Assembly: GCA_963632375.1 (NCBI GenBank)
Contig: CAVGUB010000111.1
Span: forward strand, 15,913 to 79,912
Length of the DNA stretch: 64,000 bases
From: Phocaeicola dorei
Lineage (GTDB): Bacteria > Bacillota_I > Bacilli_A > RFN20 > CAG-826
Direction of reading: 5' to 3'
Under the pieces are notes generated by a model that searched no databases, was not told the origin of the DNA, and saw nothing but the letters and a program-made list of their open reading frames with translations. Below, in pieces: positions 19,444 to 34,236 of the stretch. Made by a program: the position numbers and the translations under genes. Position 1 is the stretch's first letter; each line of letters opens with the position of its first letter.

Positions 19444-22400
19444 TTATCGTTTGCCGAACATGCTTAAACCACGTAGTTCACGTGTTGCACCAAATGCAGA
19501 TACCAAACCATTTGCCACAGAACGATTACCAGATAATACTGAATTACACGTTGTCATTCATTGTTGTATAGAAGATATCGCTGGCGGTGTTCCATCCCCC
19601 AAAGCACTAGATACAACATGATTGACAGGTCCATCTTCAGCAAAACCAATTAAAACTCCATAAGACCATTGGGTTCATCAATCTTGATCTTGCTTGTTGT
19701 TTACAGTATCTGCACCATATATTAGTTTTATAATTGCTGCAAATACAAGAAGTCCTAGTGTATCGCTTAAACCATTTATTAATTGGGCTCTACGATTTTC
19801 ATCTTTTCAGAGTAAATTAAAATCTTCTTGAGTTCTACAATTCAATAATTCTTGAATAAAAGAACCGGTTGCTTGAATCATACCTTGTGAGAATGTGCCA
19901 GATTCATGCATTCAAGGAATTGCATTCTCCCTATCTGCTTCTGTTAATTCAGACTCTTTCAAGAAAATCCATTTACCTTTTCCTTCTGCTTTTTCTTCAT
20001 CTGTTGCAAGACGTTTGTACATCAATTCACCTGTTTCATCATCAGTAACTTGATATGTATGCCAAAGGTTTTCCCAACCAGCTATCTTAGCGTGTTGCGA
20101 GATTTTAGCACTAATAAAGGTTTTATATTGCATAAACAAACTACCCAATACAGTAGCAGAAACTAGAGATTTATCTTCAGTGTCAAAGAAACCATATAAC
20201 GAAGATGCCATAGATCTTACAGTCGCTTTTTCATGCGGCGAATAACAATCCGGTAAAGTTTTTCCATATTCAACTTCAATACCTACTTTCTTTCAATCTT
20301 GAATATATTGTAGATATTTACTATTTTGTCTAGCTCATTCCAATTTATCATCACTATCTTCTTTCTTTATGATAGTACCATCCGAATTAAAGAGTTTATC
20401 AAAACGTTTATCCTTTCAAATTTGATATTCGATTTGCCCATCATCACTCTCGACATATGCGTCAAAACAACCTTCGTGTCGCATCTTTGCAATACAAATA
20501 GCCATACGAAACAAATCATCTGGAAGTTTTGAACCTAAATACATCATTTCATTTCAACCTTGTCGTAAACCGTATTTTTTAACTTTTTCTGAGAATGCCA
20601 TTTCTGATGCAGAATATGAACTCATTGCAAATCGTTTACACAATTCTACAAGTTTGTTTTCTCCACCTAATGAAATCGGAGTATACCTTCCAACAACAGA
20701 CATTGCCCAAGTAAAATCATCACATGTAATATCAGGCAATATCTTTGTAAAAGCACGAGTGTTTGCTTGATACAAATCGACTAACAGTTCTCGTGCAAAA
20801 GGTCTTGTAGAAAATCCTAATGTTGCTGCACTAGTGATACTCTTTAAAGCACCAATAACATCCTTTACCCAATCTAGTGAAGCATCGTTTATTTTTTGTT
20901 TTAGCACTTTATTGTTAATGTATTTTTCCATCCATTCACTTAATTCTGGAGTATATGCTCCAATAGAATTAGATCATTTTAATGCAGTTTTAAATGCTAA
21001 ACATTGTGGTATAATTTTCTTAGATGCATTTGTAACACATTGTGCTGCCGCAGTTTCCAAAAATAAAGTTTGAATATCAGTACATCACTCTCTATTATTT
21101 TGAGCTAGCAAATCAGTTCTTTGTTTATCCGTAATATTTAAATATGGATTGAATGCTCCAACATACGGAGAACGTTTTGCTTCATATTCACGTTGTGTTT
21201 TTCTACCACCCTCAAAAACTTCTTCCGATAAAGGTTTAACAGAACTTTTAAAAGAATTTCATAGACCTTTACCAACACCTAAAATACCGTTACGATTATA
21301 TTGATCTCGAACAAATTGTCCAAAACTAGCTTCTTGCAAAGGCATTTCATAATACTCACCTGTAGCTTTTGCCATTATAATTTGCTCTTCTCCTCAATTA
21401 GGATGTTTGATTGAATTGAAATAATCGGCAATAAACTCAATTAAATTTTGGGCACTCTCTGTTTGCTCTTTTGTACAACCTTTAGTAAAGAATTCGCTAT
21501 TAGGATTTTTTAAACGCATTGTCGTAACGTTTCCGTTTTCATCTTGTTCAAAAAATTGCGCCCAAAACTTGGTAGGACTATCGACAGCTGCATTAAACCC
21601 TCAAGTATCAAATACTTTTGTAACAAGTTCTGTAAATTGGGAAGCTATATTCGTAAACGATGATGTGTACATTTCACGATAATATGACATCAATTTGCCC
21701 ATAGATCTAACTAAAACAGAATTGGATTGATCTGCTGCGGTAATATGTGTTCCTGAAGGAGATATTGCATTCAAATATTTAGCATAATCCGCTTCATCCG
21801 TAAAACAATAACCATCTGCTGCAAGTAAGGCTTGACTGAGATTATAATAAACTCGTCCAACATCAGTTTGAACAGAATTACAAGATTCTTCCCCATACTC
21901 TTTACGCATTTTATACATCATGTCTGTAATGACTTCGGTTGTATATTCTTTGTCTGGGTTAGTTGCACAAATTTTATCAGCAAATATATTATAATCCAAA
22001 CTACAACTTAATTCCAAAGCAGTTGCCATATAAGCATCTGTGTCATTCATGAAATCGTCCATACTCATAGTTGGCGCATGCGTTTCGGGGAAAGTTTTAC
22101 ATATTAAATTTCAGTTATCAACAAGTTTTGAATTAGAATATGAATAAAACTCAGTAGCATGTCAAGGATTTACAACCTTCATACCAGCTAATTTACAATC
22201 ACCTAAAAGTTTAGGGTTTGTTGCAAGAATAGCCATACCTTTCATAAAAAGCATATTACCGGTATATGATTTAAACATAAAATATGGGTCTGTACCGTTT
22301 GCATTATCGGCTAATTTAGTTCCACATATGTTTTCGTGATCATTTAAACGAATCAAATATCTAGGATCTTTTTCTGTCAAAATAACCATTTCCATTTTAT

Positions 22401-24120
22401 CGTTTTTATTAAACAGAAAAATACCATTTGAATTTAAATCATCATTTTGAACTAAAGACCAGCCGTTCTTATAATACTTTTTAAAAGATTGAATTAAGAA
22501 TGTTCTTGATTCATCATTAAAAGCAGATAACCATTCTCCATATATAGCATCGTCAGACATTCCAGTTGTAGCCATTACTTTTTGCAAGTTTTTAGCAAAA
22601 TGTAAAAGCTCAGTACTTTTATATTTTTCTAGTTCTGCTACATATTCTTTTAATTTCTCATCAACCTCTTCCATTGTCTTACAATAAACAGGTTCAGCAG
22701 TTTTATTTCCTAATCCATTTTTGAAAAAAACAAAACGATTGCCTCGCTTATATTCATTACTATCCGGATTTTTTAACTCATGAATAAAGTTAGGTTTTTT
22801 CTTATAGTATTCAATACTTGCTTCAAATTGTTTAATGTGAGTATTAGCTAAATCGGTTTCAGGGAATATTGTTTTTAAAATATCATTTGAAGGTTTTAAA
22901 TTAGAACAATCAATGAATCTATTATTTGTATAAATAAATTCCATTTGTTGTTGACGAGCATTCGCCATTGATTGTTGAGTAATACCTTTAGGATTTGCAA
23001 CAGGTGGATCATATCTAACAGGTTTTATATCAGATGGAATTCAATTACCAGATGCATCTTTTGTTACATCAAAATCAAGTAAAAAACACTCCAAAACTTT
23101 ATCTCCTACTTCCAAACCATATTGTTGTAATATTGCACCATAACTACCAATTTGAAGTAAGTTAGTTATTTTCTGAGCACTAGTTTTTCATCCATTCTCA
23201 CGACATTTTGCATTATCCATTTCAGCTCAATCACCAACCGGATGTAAAGATGTTTTTCAATCATATATATGAGCCTTCCCGTCCTTATCAATAATCAACA
23301 AATCAAGTCGTCCGGAACTTTGCATTCGACCGGGTTGTCCATTATTTTTTAAATATTCTTGTATATTATTATCAAATTTTTTAGAAATAATACTATACTC
23401 AGGAATAAATTTAGCTCCAGGATATTTAGCAATAATACTGTTTGCAATATTTTGTAAAACTGTAAGGGATTTTGTAAATGTTTCTCCTTTAAGGTATTTA
23501 CATTTAGAATCATCAATTACAATAGACGGATCATTATGGTGTCTAAAGATTAACTCCTTTATAATATGTACATCTTCTCCTAATTTAGCAGTAAGATTAT
23601 TTTTCGCTTCTTGTTTCTTTCATTTTTCTGTTATATCAGCATCATATAAATGTGGCCCATATTGCTCTACATTATTCCCATATTTCGCTTTTGCTTCCAT
23701 TGTACGAAATGCATTTTCCCAATCTTTATTAAAACCAGAAATTGCTTTAGAATTTAAATCACCTTTTCCACCAATTGATTTTACGGTTGCAGATACAGAA
23801 ATTGTTCCAGAAATATGACCTTTCATTTCCAGGTCCCCTTCTGTAATTCTTTCTAATTCGGGATCTTTTACATCACTTTCTTTTGAATAACCCCTAGTTC
23901 TTAATGCCTCTTTATATTCTTTTGATATTTCATCTACAATATCTAATGCTTCTGCTTGTGTATCAACCTGGAAAATTTTATCTAATTTTCCATTTGATAA
24001 TTTATATCAACTTTTTAGTGTAGAAGCTTGACGAAGCAATTCTCCGTCAAGCTCTCTATCACTATTAAAAGTCATTGAATCTTTATTTCCTAATTTAAGT
24101 GTTATTTCACAATTAGACAT
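19444..24120 (-). CDS. giant virion-module protein (1558 aa), unknown function; about 22 in-frame TGA
   Basis: Track ORFs 19912.., 20554.., 21601.., 22162.. and 23620.. share one frame. I read every gap in that frame and found only TGA, no TAA/TAG. ATG is at 24120, 1 nt after the upstream TAA; TAA stop at 19444. Confidence 0.8.
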
Positions 24121-24123
24121 AAA

Positions 24124-27100
24124 TTAACAATTATATTCAATTTTACTTTTCTTTGTTGGATCTTCAGCGTTTTTAATCAAAATACGTTTAATTGTTTTCA
24201 TTTCTTGATCTAATCGCATATCAGATAACAAACTATTTTTATCTGTATTAAATAAATTAGAATGAAAATGTTGCATAAAATCAGAAAGATTGGTATTCCC
24301 TAATTTAGCACGATCTGTATCAGAAGGTACTTTTGAATTAAAAATATCATTGATGATTTGAATAATTTCAAATTGCATATCTTTAACTCAACGTTGCGCT
24401 CCAAAATTATTTTTAAATTTAGTTGTAAATTGATTTGACATAAAAGCAACTAACAACTCTTCTTTAAAATCAGAACCAACATCTTCACTATACTTTTCAC
24501 GCATTTCACGATACTCTTTCCTCATTTTTGTTTTATACAAATCTACCACACTATCCAAGGAATTATAATAAAGATTTCTTAATGTTTCGTTCTCACTAAA
24601 TTTAAGTCCAGCACAATATAAGTGCATTAATTCATGAACTGTTGTATCAACAGACGCTCTATGAACATTAATATAAATTTTTCCATTATCCAAGAATGCG
24701 GAGCTATTTCTAATTCGAACTCAATCATTAAATGATCGATATTTTATCGAATAAGAATCAGGATCTTCTTGATATTTTGCATAAGAAGGTAATTCTCTAT
24801 CGTCAAATATCACAATATCACTATCTTCATTTTTACCAACGGTTAATCCTAGTTTATAGGACATTGCATTAATAACTTCTCTAACAATTGTCTCAGAGTT
24901 TCATCTAAAACATTGAGCTGAATTATAATCACCAGCATAATTTGCTTTATATGCACCATTAAAATGAGTTGATAAACAAGGCATTTCTGATGTTCAATCA
25001 TTTGCATTAATAACCCCAATTGCAATTGAGCTCGGCTTATCCGGAATAGGATTTCCGAAACTATCAGCAAATATCAATTCTGATATTGCACCATCAGCAC
25101 CTTTGGTTAATTGAATATTGAATTTCCTTGCTGATTTAGGGTCAAATGCAAGTTTGCGTAAAAGATCAAATATATTTCCTTCAAAATCACCTCATTCAAA
25201 CTGACCATCTTCATCAAAGAATAAATCATCATTATCTTTTAGATGTTCAATTCCTTTGGCATCTGCATACTTTATGAAATTAGAATATGAAGTAGCTAAA
25301 TTATCTACTGATGTATTTATAACACCTTCAAGTAAACGTGTAAATCCTTGTTGCGTATATCCATTTTTATATACTAATACATTATATAAAAATAGTGCAT
25401 CCCCAAAAGTCATGCCATTCAACTCAGGTATTTGTTCATTTGCAAGTTTAGTAAATGCTTTTAATATATCGGAATAAATAATACTTAACTCAACATTTTT
25501 ATCAGCTATCATGGAATTAATAGTCAATTTGAGATGGTTTGTTGTTTGATTATGGGTCTTATTTAACTTAGGCGCTATTGTAATATTATTGAAAAAAGCT
25601 TTAAATGCATCATTGTCTTTATAACGTTTTTTCAAAACATCGATAAGTGAATTTTCAAAGTAATGAACAAAACTGGCTTGACCCTCAAAAGTATTTAATT
25701 TTATTACATTTGCTTTTTCTTCAATATCTTTTTCTTTACATTTAGATATTTCAAAATTAGAATATTTATCCTTTTTATAAAATTCTTCACCAAGAGGTAA
25801 ATTAAATTCTATATTTTGTTTTAATAATCAATTTTCAAGAATTAAATCTCTAACATATCTATCAACTTTTGCAAATTCATCATCAGTCAATTTTTGAGTA
25901 AGAGATGAACCTTCCTGATTATACTCCAACAACGCATTGGCTAATTTTATAGTCAAACGATTTTGAACAGAATGTTCAAGTAAATTATACCCTAATGCAA
26001 TTTGTTTAAACATTTCTGAAAAATTAGGAGTAGAAATAATTGTTCTCAAAATATTGTTCGAACTTTTTATTGTTTCATAATTATTAATCCAAGTTGCTTG
26101 ATACTCTGAATCTGACAGAAATTTAATTATACTAAATGTTTCACTTGTTTTAGGCATATATGCTTGTCATTTCTTATTAACAAAATTATTTATCCTATTT
26201 ATTAATTTAACAAAGTCAGTTAGATTTGTTTTTAAACCTTGGTTTACACCTAGCATTGAACCTAAAATAGTTTGTTCTTCAACACCTGGTAAAATTAGTT
26301 CATAAAAATTATATAAATTATTCACAGAGTTCTTGTCTGTAACCGCTTTTAATGCAGTATTTTTAGGTATCAAATAATGTTTTAAGAATTTTGCAATAGT
26401 TGTTAAGGTTTGTTTCGAAAGTTTAAACTTATCATCTTCTCCAAAATCGTGTGAATCTTGGCTAGATGATAAACCTTCTAAATCATCCTCATATTCACTA
26501 AACATATCGTAGTCATTATGCATACCTGAATCAAGATCCATCATTTCTTGTTCTGTAGGATCTAAATTTCCTCCATCAAAACTCATATCATCTTCATAAC
26601 TTTCATCATATTCATTACCATATCCACGTCCCCCAGTATTTGATTTAGAAATAAGATAATTAACGTGTTTAAAGAGTTCTCGTTCAATACTTAATGTGGT
26701 ATCTAGTTTAGAAGAATCAAAGCTTCTTGTTGCAACACCAAATCCAATATCAATAATTAGATTTATTAAATTTTTCCTAAAAACGCTATCTTTTGCATTA
26801 AGCCCCGTTTCTTTATTAAACACTTCTTCTTCATTTACTAAAGGTACTTCTCGAGGAATTACATGCCCTGATGCATCCAATTTAAGTTTACCATCATCAT
26901 CTGTTTCATATAATAGTTTATCAATGAAACAATCATTTGAAGGTTCACCCTCTTTTGCATAAGTGCCAACTAATATTTTTAAGTCTCGATTCGAAACTCC
27001 ACCTAATGTACGTAATCCTAAAATAAATTCGATTGCACTCTTTTTGTTGATACTAGTATTAACATTATCGAACACATTACTCTTACTATATTTTTGTACA

Positions 27101-30100
27101 AGTTGCATTGGTTCCGACATCATTATATCTTTAATCGTTTTTGGATTTGTACCTATAGAAATTAAGTAACTTCAAGCATCTGCAAAATCAACAGTTGCAT
27201 TAATTTTACTAAGAATCAACTCCTTAGCATTATCTGTTGCAGCTGACAACAAACCAGATATTAATGATGCGGCATCAATTTCTTTTGTATGACTAACAAC
27301 ATCATTGAAGTTAGTTAAATAATTAGCTGGATTAAATGTATCGGTTTTAAGTGAAGTTATTGGTTCCATATTAACATTTGCCAACATACAAGTATTTTTG
27401 GTTATCGGATGAACAAATGTTAATATACGTCATAAATTAGATGCTTTATTATAATCACCTAAACGTAATGCTGTTGCAATTTGATTAACCATTTGATTGG
27501 CTGCAGTTGATGTTGCAAAGAATACTTTCATTCCCACAGCAGTAATACCAATTACATCTTTACCCACCATATTCTGCATTTGCATTATAAATTTAACTAA
27601 TGGATTATCACTAGTCATCGATAACTCAGATGCTGCCAGAAATGAATTTTTAGCAATCTCTTTAAATACAGCCATACTATCATCAACCGATTGGTGTGCA
27701 AATGGTAACAATCGTGCATGTTGAAGAAGTGTTAAAATTTGATGTACAACAGAATTACGTAAAGCAATTTCTGCATTGCGATTTGATAATTTACTTTTGC
27801 TATGTGTGTTCAAAATAGAAACAAATGTTTTTGCTTCTTGTTTTGAAACATCTGGAGTAAAAGAGATTGGCCCATTACTTTTCAATAAACAATCCTTCAA
27901 TTTAGATAGATCTCTAAAGTTTATTACATTGTCTACAATATCTTTAGAAACTTGATAAGCTACACTATTAGTACCTGTTGCATAATATTCTACACCATTA
28001 GGTTTTGGTAAACTCATTACTTGATTTATATTTTCAATAGATTGACATTGATATGTTAATTTACTGAAGTTAATCAAAGAGCCTTTAGACGATAATTCAT
28101 AACCCATCAAATACAATTTATCAATATCATAGTCAGAACCTTGTAACCAAGTAATTTCAGCTGGCATATAAACTTCATTATACCTACTATTAGTATATCC
28201 AACAACTTTCATTCTTGAAAAGGATTGCATTGATTGTGTAGGAATACGTGCTCCAACAAATTCTAATTGCTTTTGGAATGCAACATATTGATTTATAGCT
28301 AACCTCTCAATCTCAATTTCTTTTTTATATACTTCTTCTGTATTTAGAGACTTTATTAACTCGTTTAAATCTATATCGCCAATAAAAGTTCCAGCTTTTA
28401 TCGAAGATGTTACCGAATATTCTAATTGGTTAGAATTTAATTCAGTTTGTTTTGTTCCAGTAAGAGTATGGAAATTTAAGTCTTTAATAAACTTGTATTC
28501 GTCGTTTACTAATTTATGGCTTATCAAATAATCAACAAGATTCCCTCTTGTAAAATTATATGTCACTCTATTATATTGGTCGGAATCCAAAAATTCTTCA
28601 AGTTCTGATCAATCGTTTATTGTAACCATATAATTAGTTGACCCAACACCAGGTGCCGAATAAAATACTTTCCCATTACCACTACAAACATATTTATTGT
28701 TGTGATAAATATCTCCATCAACTTCTTCAAAAGATGCAGCGTCTTTTATTCAATTTTGTTGTAAAGGTGTTTGTATCTTTTTACCAGTAAGAGGATCTGT
28801 TTCCATATGTAATTGATTAATTCTTACATATAAATTCTCACCATTAGCACCTTTTAAAATAGCATCGTAACTATTTTTATCAATATTGCTATCAACTAAT
28901 TGTTCTGAATTTTTTATTTTATTAACAAAGAATTGTGCATCTGTAACATCTGCAATATCTTCATCATCATTTAAATTAAGCTGATCTTTATTGACTTTTC
29001 CCATGATAATTTCTGCTGCTCGAGTTTTTACATTACTGATAGTAAACTCATTTTTAAATGCATTATAATCAGCTGTTAAATCAATCCCATATGCTTTCTC
29101 AAATTCTTTTAATGAGGTTTCTTCTTTGATAATATTTCTACTAAAATACACATCTTTAAAAAGTTTTTGCAAATCATTCAAAGAATTATTGTTAACTAAA
29201 TCAATTACTTTTTCGTATGCTATCCCTGATCCATCGAATATAGAATTATATCCAATGTAATTACCTTCGTCAATTAATTTTAAGTCTTGATTAACAGCAG
29301 CTTTAGCTATATTCAATGCTTCGTCTCTATTATAATCATCAAGTGTGAAACCTGTTACACTAGTTATTAAATTTAATTGTTCTGCTGTTAAATTTTCAAA
29401 TTCAGCAATATAATGTGTAGCTCTAACAGAGTCTAAATCATAAATAGAGTATGTTTTACCTTTGACATCAAATGTAGTATCAGATCCACGTAAATCGTGC
29501 GGTGCTAATTCATGTTTAAATATTAGCTTATTTTGACTATCATGTTTCGCTTTATCGTAGTTTTCTCAACTATCCAAACAAATCTGCTCAATCTCTCCAT
29601 CTTTATTAACAAGATAAACAGTATCTCCCATATCTAACTGATATGGTTGTACTAATTTAATAAATGGATTTTCAAATGTCTTTTCATTAAAAACTGAAAG
29701 CAATTTTCCATTTTGATATTTGACATCACGAGATGTCAATTGATCGATAGTAAAGTTTGATAATAAGACTTCTTCCCGAATTTTTCTACACAATGTAGGA
29801 TATGTCATTGTATTTCCGTTATAATTGAAAAATTGAATCATACCTCTAGAAGGAACCTGGACAGATGCAATACCTGCATATTTTCTTCGAATCCCCTTTT
29901 TATTTAGATTCGAAATTATAGTAGCATTGAAAATTTTAATAGTTGTCGGATCACTAAATGGAATTTGGATTGTAGCATTAGGATTTTTAGAAAGTTCTAT
30001 TGCGGCTTTAGTTAAAAATGCTTGTGCCATTCCCATAGTATCACGTGTATTGTTAGAGAATGATTTTAAGAACTCTTGCCCCAATATTTGATGTAAATTA

Positions 30101-33100
30101 GTAAAGTCACCTTCCCCAACTAACATATTCTTTTCACGAAGTGATTGTTCAACAACATTACCGATTTCTTTATAAATATTAATTGCTTCATCTGTATAAT
30201 ATCCCGATTGAATCAAGGAGCTAATCATCTGGGACATCTCAGTTACATCAGTATCATCGCTTAAAACATGATCTGCATCCATTTGAACTCCACCGAAAAT
30301 TAAAGACATTTTTGTAGTTGTTAAAGCTTCATTGTTTTTCCAAGTATCACGTGTATTTATATTACAAGCTCCAACCTTTATTGCAGATTTGTTTACTAAA
30401 TATGCACACATATAACTCTTTAAATCTTCTACACAAACTATATTGGTGCAAATTCTATTGTTAACGTTACTCCAAACTAAAGTATTAGAATTTTTGTCTA
30501 ATTGTTTTGCTCAAGCTCCACCAAAAATTGAATCAATCGCATAAATACTATCAATACGAATAGGATTTCGATAAACCTGGGATGTTGCTCCGGATTTAGG
30601 TTCTCCGTTTTTATTGACTTCAGTTTCAAATACTTGGTAACAAGAGGTTTTTACGTCAGAAGGATTGGGTACTAAAATTAATTTATCAATTCTATAAAGT
30701 TTCCCTGTAACAGGATCTTCACGATAAATAAACTCTTGTTCACTTACATTTCTTCCAGCAACATTATATCCAAATTTTTCACCCGGTTTGTAATATTTTG
30801 ACAAATCAACGAATTTATCAAATTTCATGTTATGCATTTTATAAAAGACGTTATCCGCACTAATATCACTTGCTCTAGAATTTCTACGTCTTTCATTTGT
30901 CAATGCATAAACAGCCCATTTAAGAAGTTTTGGACATCCTGTTTTAGGGTCTACATCTCCAAAGATTGTCTTCTTATCTCAACCCACTTTTGCATCAAGT
31001 AATGACATATTTTCTAACATAGATTGAATTGGAGAAGATCAACCTGCTCCATCCATTGCATCTACAGAAGATGTTTTTCCCAACATATTAAATACATCAG
31101 CTTGATAATCATCAATAACAGCATAACGTATATCTGAATTTATTCCAAATACATCTGGGTAAAAAGTATGAGTTGTAGCACCTGCAATCACAGTTCTTTT
31201 AAAGGATGAAGATAAACGACTTGCTTCAGCAGATCGAAAATATGATTCAGGTCAAACTTTATTTTTTTCTTTATACGCTATTTCTTTATCACTCGGTTTA
31301 TATTTATTTGGATGAAAAAATGTTTTTCCAAAAATTAAATCATTATATCCATTTGAAAGAAAAACATCAGATAAAAAATATGCACTAAGCAGAGGATTTA
31401 TTTTATCATTTACCTTTAATTTCATTTCTCCGGTAGTTGAATCAAATCATTCCTCACCAATTGTGTTTCTTAATTGCGAATAAGTAATTTTATCAACAGA
31501 GTCATCAAACCTAAAATCATTTTCTTCTAGATTTTTAATAAATTCATCAGATTGCTCTTTAATACGATTCTTAAATGATTTGCGTGTATCATCAAGAACA
31601 TACATATTTATATCATGTTCCAATGTTTCATTAAATCCAGCTTTTGAATAATGCATTTCTTCAATGAAATCCAAACCTTTATTAGAAAATGCTTTTCTTA
31701 CATTATCTTTAAAAGATGAATTTGAAATTGTATCAATAATGGTTTTAATCGCATTAAATTTATTTTTTAAATAATCAGTTTTAGATTCATTTTCTTTATC
31801 TCAAGCAACTGTTAATTTATCCAAATTCTCAATGACTGTTGCAAGTTTTGTTTTTTCCGAGTCTTTTATAACAGACTTTGCAAATTCATCGGACTTAATC
31901 ACATCAGATACAGCTATAAAATCAGATATAAGTCTATTTAAAATTTTACTATACTCTGATTTGCGTGCATCATAAATAGCATTTATCATTGTGGATACTC
32001 CCGAATTGTGCATTTTTGAATCCGTTGATAATATATTACTTAAAATAGTTTGTAGGGTTTGACCTCCAATTTTTAAATTCTTATGATAAGGGATTAATCA
32101 ATGTGTGTTTTTATCAGAGAAACAACTGTTTTGTAAATATATATAATTCTCAGCATTATCTTTAAACCCAGTATATGATTTAAAGAATTCATATATAATA
32201 GAACATTGTGCTAATTCAGATACAGTTAAATCCCGTGCAGATTTTTTTCTTCCATTTATATTTACATCAAGTCTTACTCTAGGTGCTCCAATATGGGTTC
32301 CAAATTGTTTATAAACCGGATGATCACTGAATATATTTTCAGGAGTTTTGGTTTTCATATTAGTGATCATACGAGGCATTTGATTGATTAAAGATGTAAG
32401 ATTATATGATGCCACGTTATTTCCAAAACTATTTCGTTGTGTATTGGAAACATTCAACCCCCAAGCTAAGCCCAAAAAGTCTGTGGCTTTTTGTATAGGT
32501 GTGGAAAATTGTCTCGTTTTAAATTGACTTTTTATAGGATCATTAGCTCCATTTTCCCAAAAAGATTCATCCGTTAATTTATTTGCACTAGAATCAGATG
32601 CTAATAATGTAATTCCAATTGGTCCGACAAACTCATTTCACAATTGTCCAACTGTAGATTTTCCACCACCTAATTGTTGAAGAATTGAATCATAATTTAA
32701 CGGAATATTGATGTCTAATATATCTTTAATAATTTCAATCGCGATTTTATTAGATATAGTAATTCCTTTCCAAGTAATATTATTATTATCACCTAATTTC
32801 AACCTACCTAATTCAACGGCGTCTTTATCCGCTCCCCTTTTAAATACAACATCATTTCCATCAATAGATATATGATATTTATCCTTTAAATCTTGTCATG
32901 CTTTTTTATTATTAAATCGGAATTTGTTAATAGCAGCTGTAATAGAGTCTTGTATATGATAAAGTGCGGAACTTTTATAATTGTCTTCAATTTTCTTTAA
33001 AGATATTGTATTATCATGATTATTAATAATAACACCACGATTCTTATCTGTTTTAAACATTAAATTAAAGAAACAATTTTTGATTTCAGATTGAAGATCG

Positions 33101-34224
33101 GAATTTATTAATGCATTAATACCCAATGCAACTTCAACATCAACATCCTTCATATTGCCCAATCTAGCAACATTTATAAATGCACGAAAAACTTCTTTTA
33201 AGTTTGAATCCGCAGTTTTTGCACTTTCTCTTGAATTAACATCGACACGTAAAACAGATGCTTTTTTCTTTTCTAGTATGCTTTCCGCTTCAGAACCAGT
33301 TAAACCCAAATGAGTTATATTCATACCATTATTAATCCATTCTTTAAATGAATTCATAACCATATTAAATTCTGGAACTGTTAAAGTCGAATCTAAAATA
33401 GCAGTATTATTTTGATTGTATTTATGAAAAGATTCAATTATTGCAACAGTGAGATCACTCATTTGACCTTCTATATCGACGTCTTCCTTGGTTGTTCATG
33501 TTTTGAACATATCAATATTCGCCCCCTTATACTCATATTTATCCCCAGCTTCATTAATATTTTTATATTTAGGATTTACTTTAATATACGAAGCTTGGTT
33601 TTCTAATAAAGCATCAAAATTCTTTAATATCGTATAAGCATCACGAGCATCTAAAAAAGCTTGTGATGTTCTGCCACCCTTATAATTATCAAATGCAGCA
33701 ATAGCTTCATTCATAATAGAAATAAATTCAGAAGCTGCTGTAAAAGTTGTATACTTACCAGGCGATACCAGATTTCAAATTTTGTTTACAAGTGACGTTT
33801 TGTAAGTATAAATATTTTCATTTAAAATATTTGAAAAAGAACTATTGGTACTTTTAACATTTGCATAAACAATTCTATTTTCGTTTATATTAAATATTGA
33901 TACTTCCAACATTTTTCTTTTGAAGTCTCTGAACATTTTCTTCAATAGATACGAATCACCATCGTAATTTATATCCAAAAACGTATCCTTTTTTGCAAAC
34001 TGATTTACAGTTGGAATTTGTTTTTCTTTTACTGGTGCCTTTTTAATACTTAAATCAGCAAGGGTGATATTTTCACCCTTGCTATTAATTAAGTTTATTA
34101 TATCATCGGCATTTTCGAACTCGTTTCTAATTTTATCCTCTCAATCATCACGATATTTGGCTCAACGCAAAACCGTTCTTAAACCTTTTTCATCATTTAA
34201 AATATGTTTACTTACACATGCCAT
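24124..34224 (-). CDS. giant virion RNA polymerase-containing protein (3366 aa), crAss-like DPBB RNAP; about 25 in-frame TGA
   Basis: 17 track ORFs (24124..24378 up to 33775..33978) share one frame, and all gaps contain only TGA. ATG 34224 is preceded by an in-frame TAA at 34228; TAA stop at 24124. GARIPTQSMQSF (28219..28254) and SDYDIDK (DxDxD, 28120..28134) parallel the NRAPTLHRxGIQAF and NADFDGD signatures of beta-prime. Confidence 0.85.
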
Positions 34225-34236
34225 AATTTAATGTTT

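Noticed and set aside
24849-25070. 73-aa same-strand, off-frame ORF sitting in a gap between RNAP-gene fragments. Similar cases are 36096..36383, 46574..46759, 47801..48010, 48029..48295, 57079..57261 and 61493..61681.
   Set aside because: The main frame reads through these regions with TGA only and gives protein-like sequence continuous with its flanks. The off-frame ORFs are L/I/Q/M-rich and have no independent start context.
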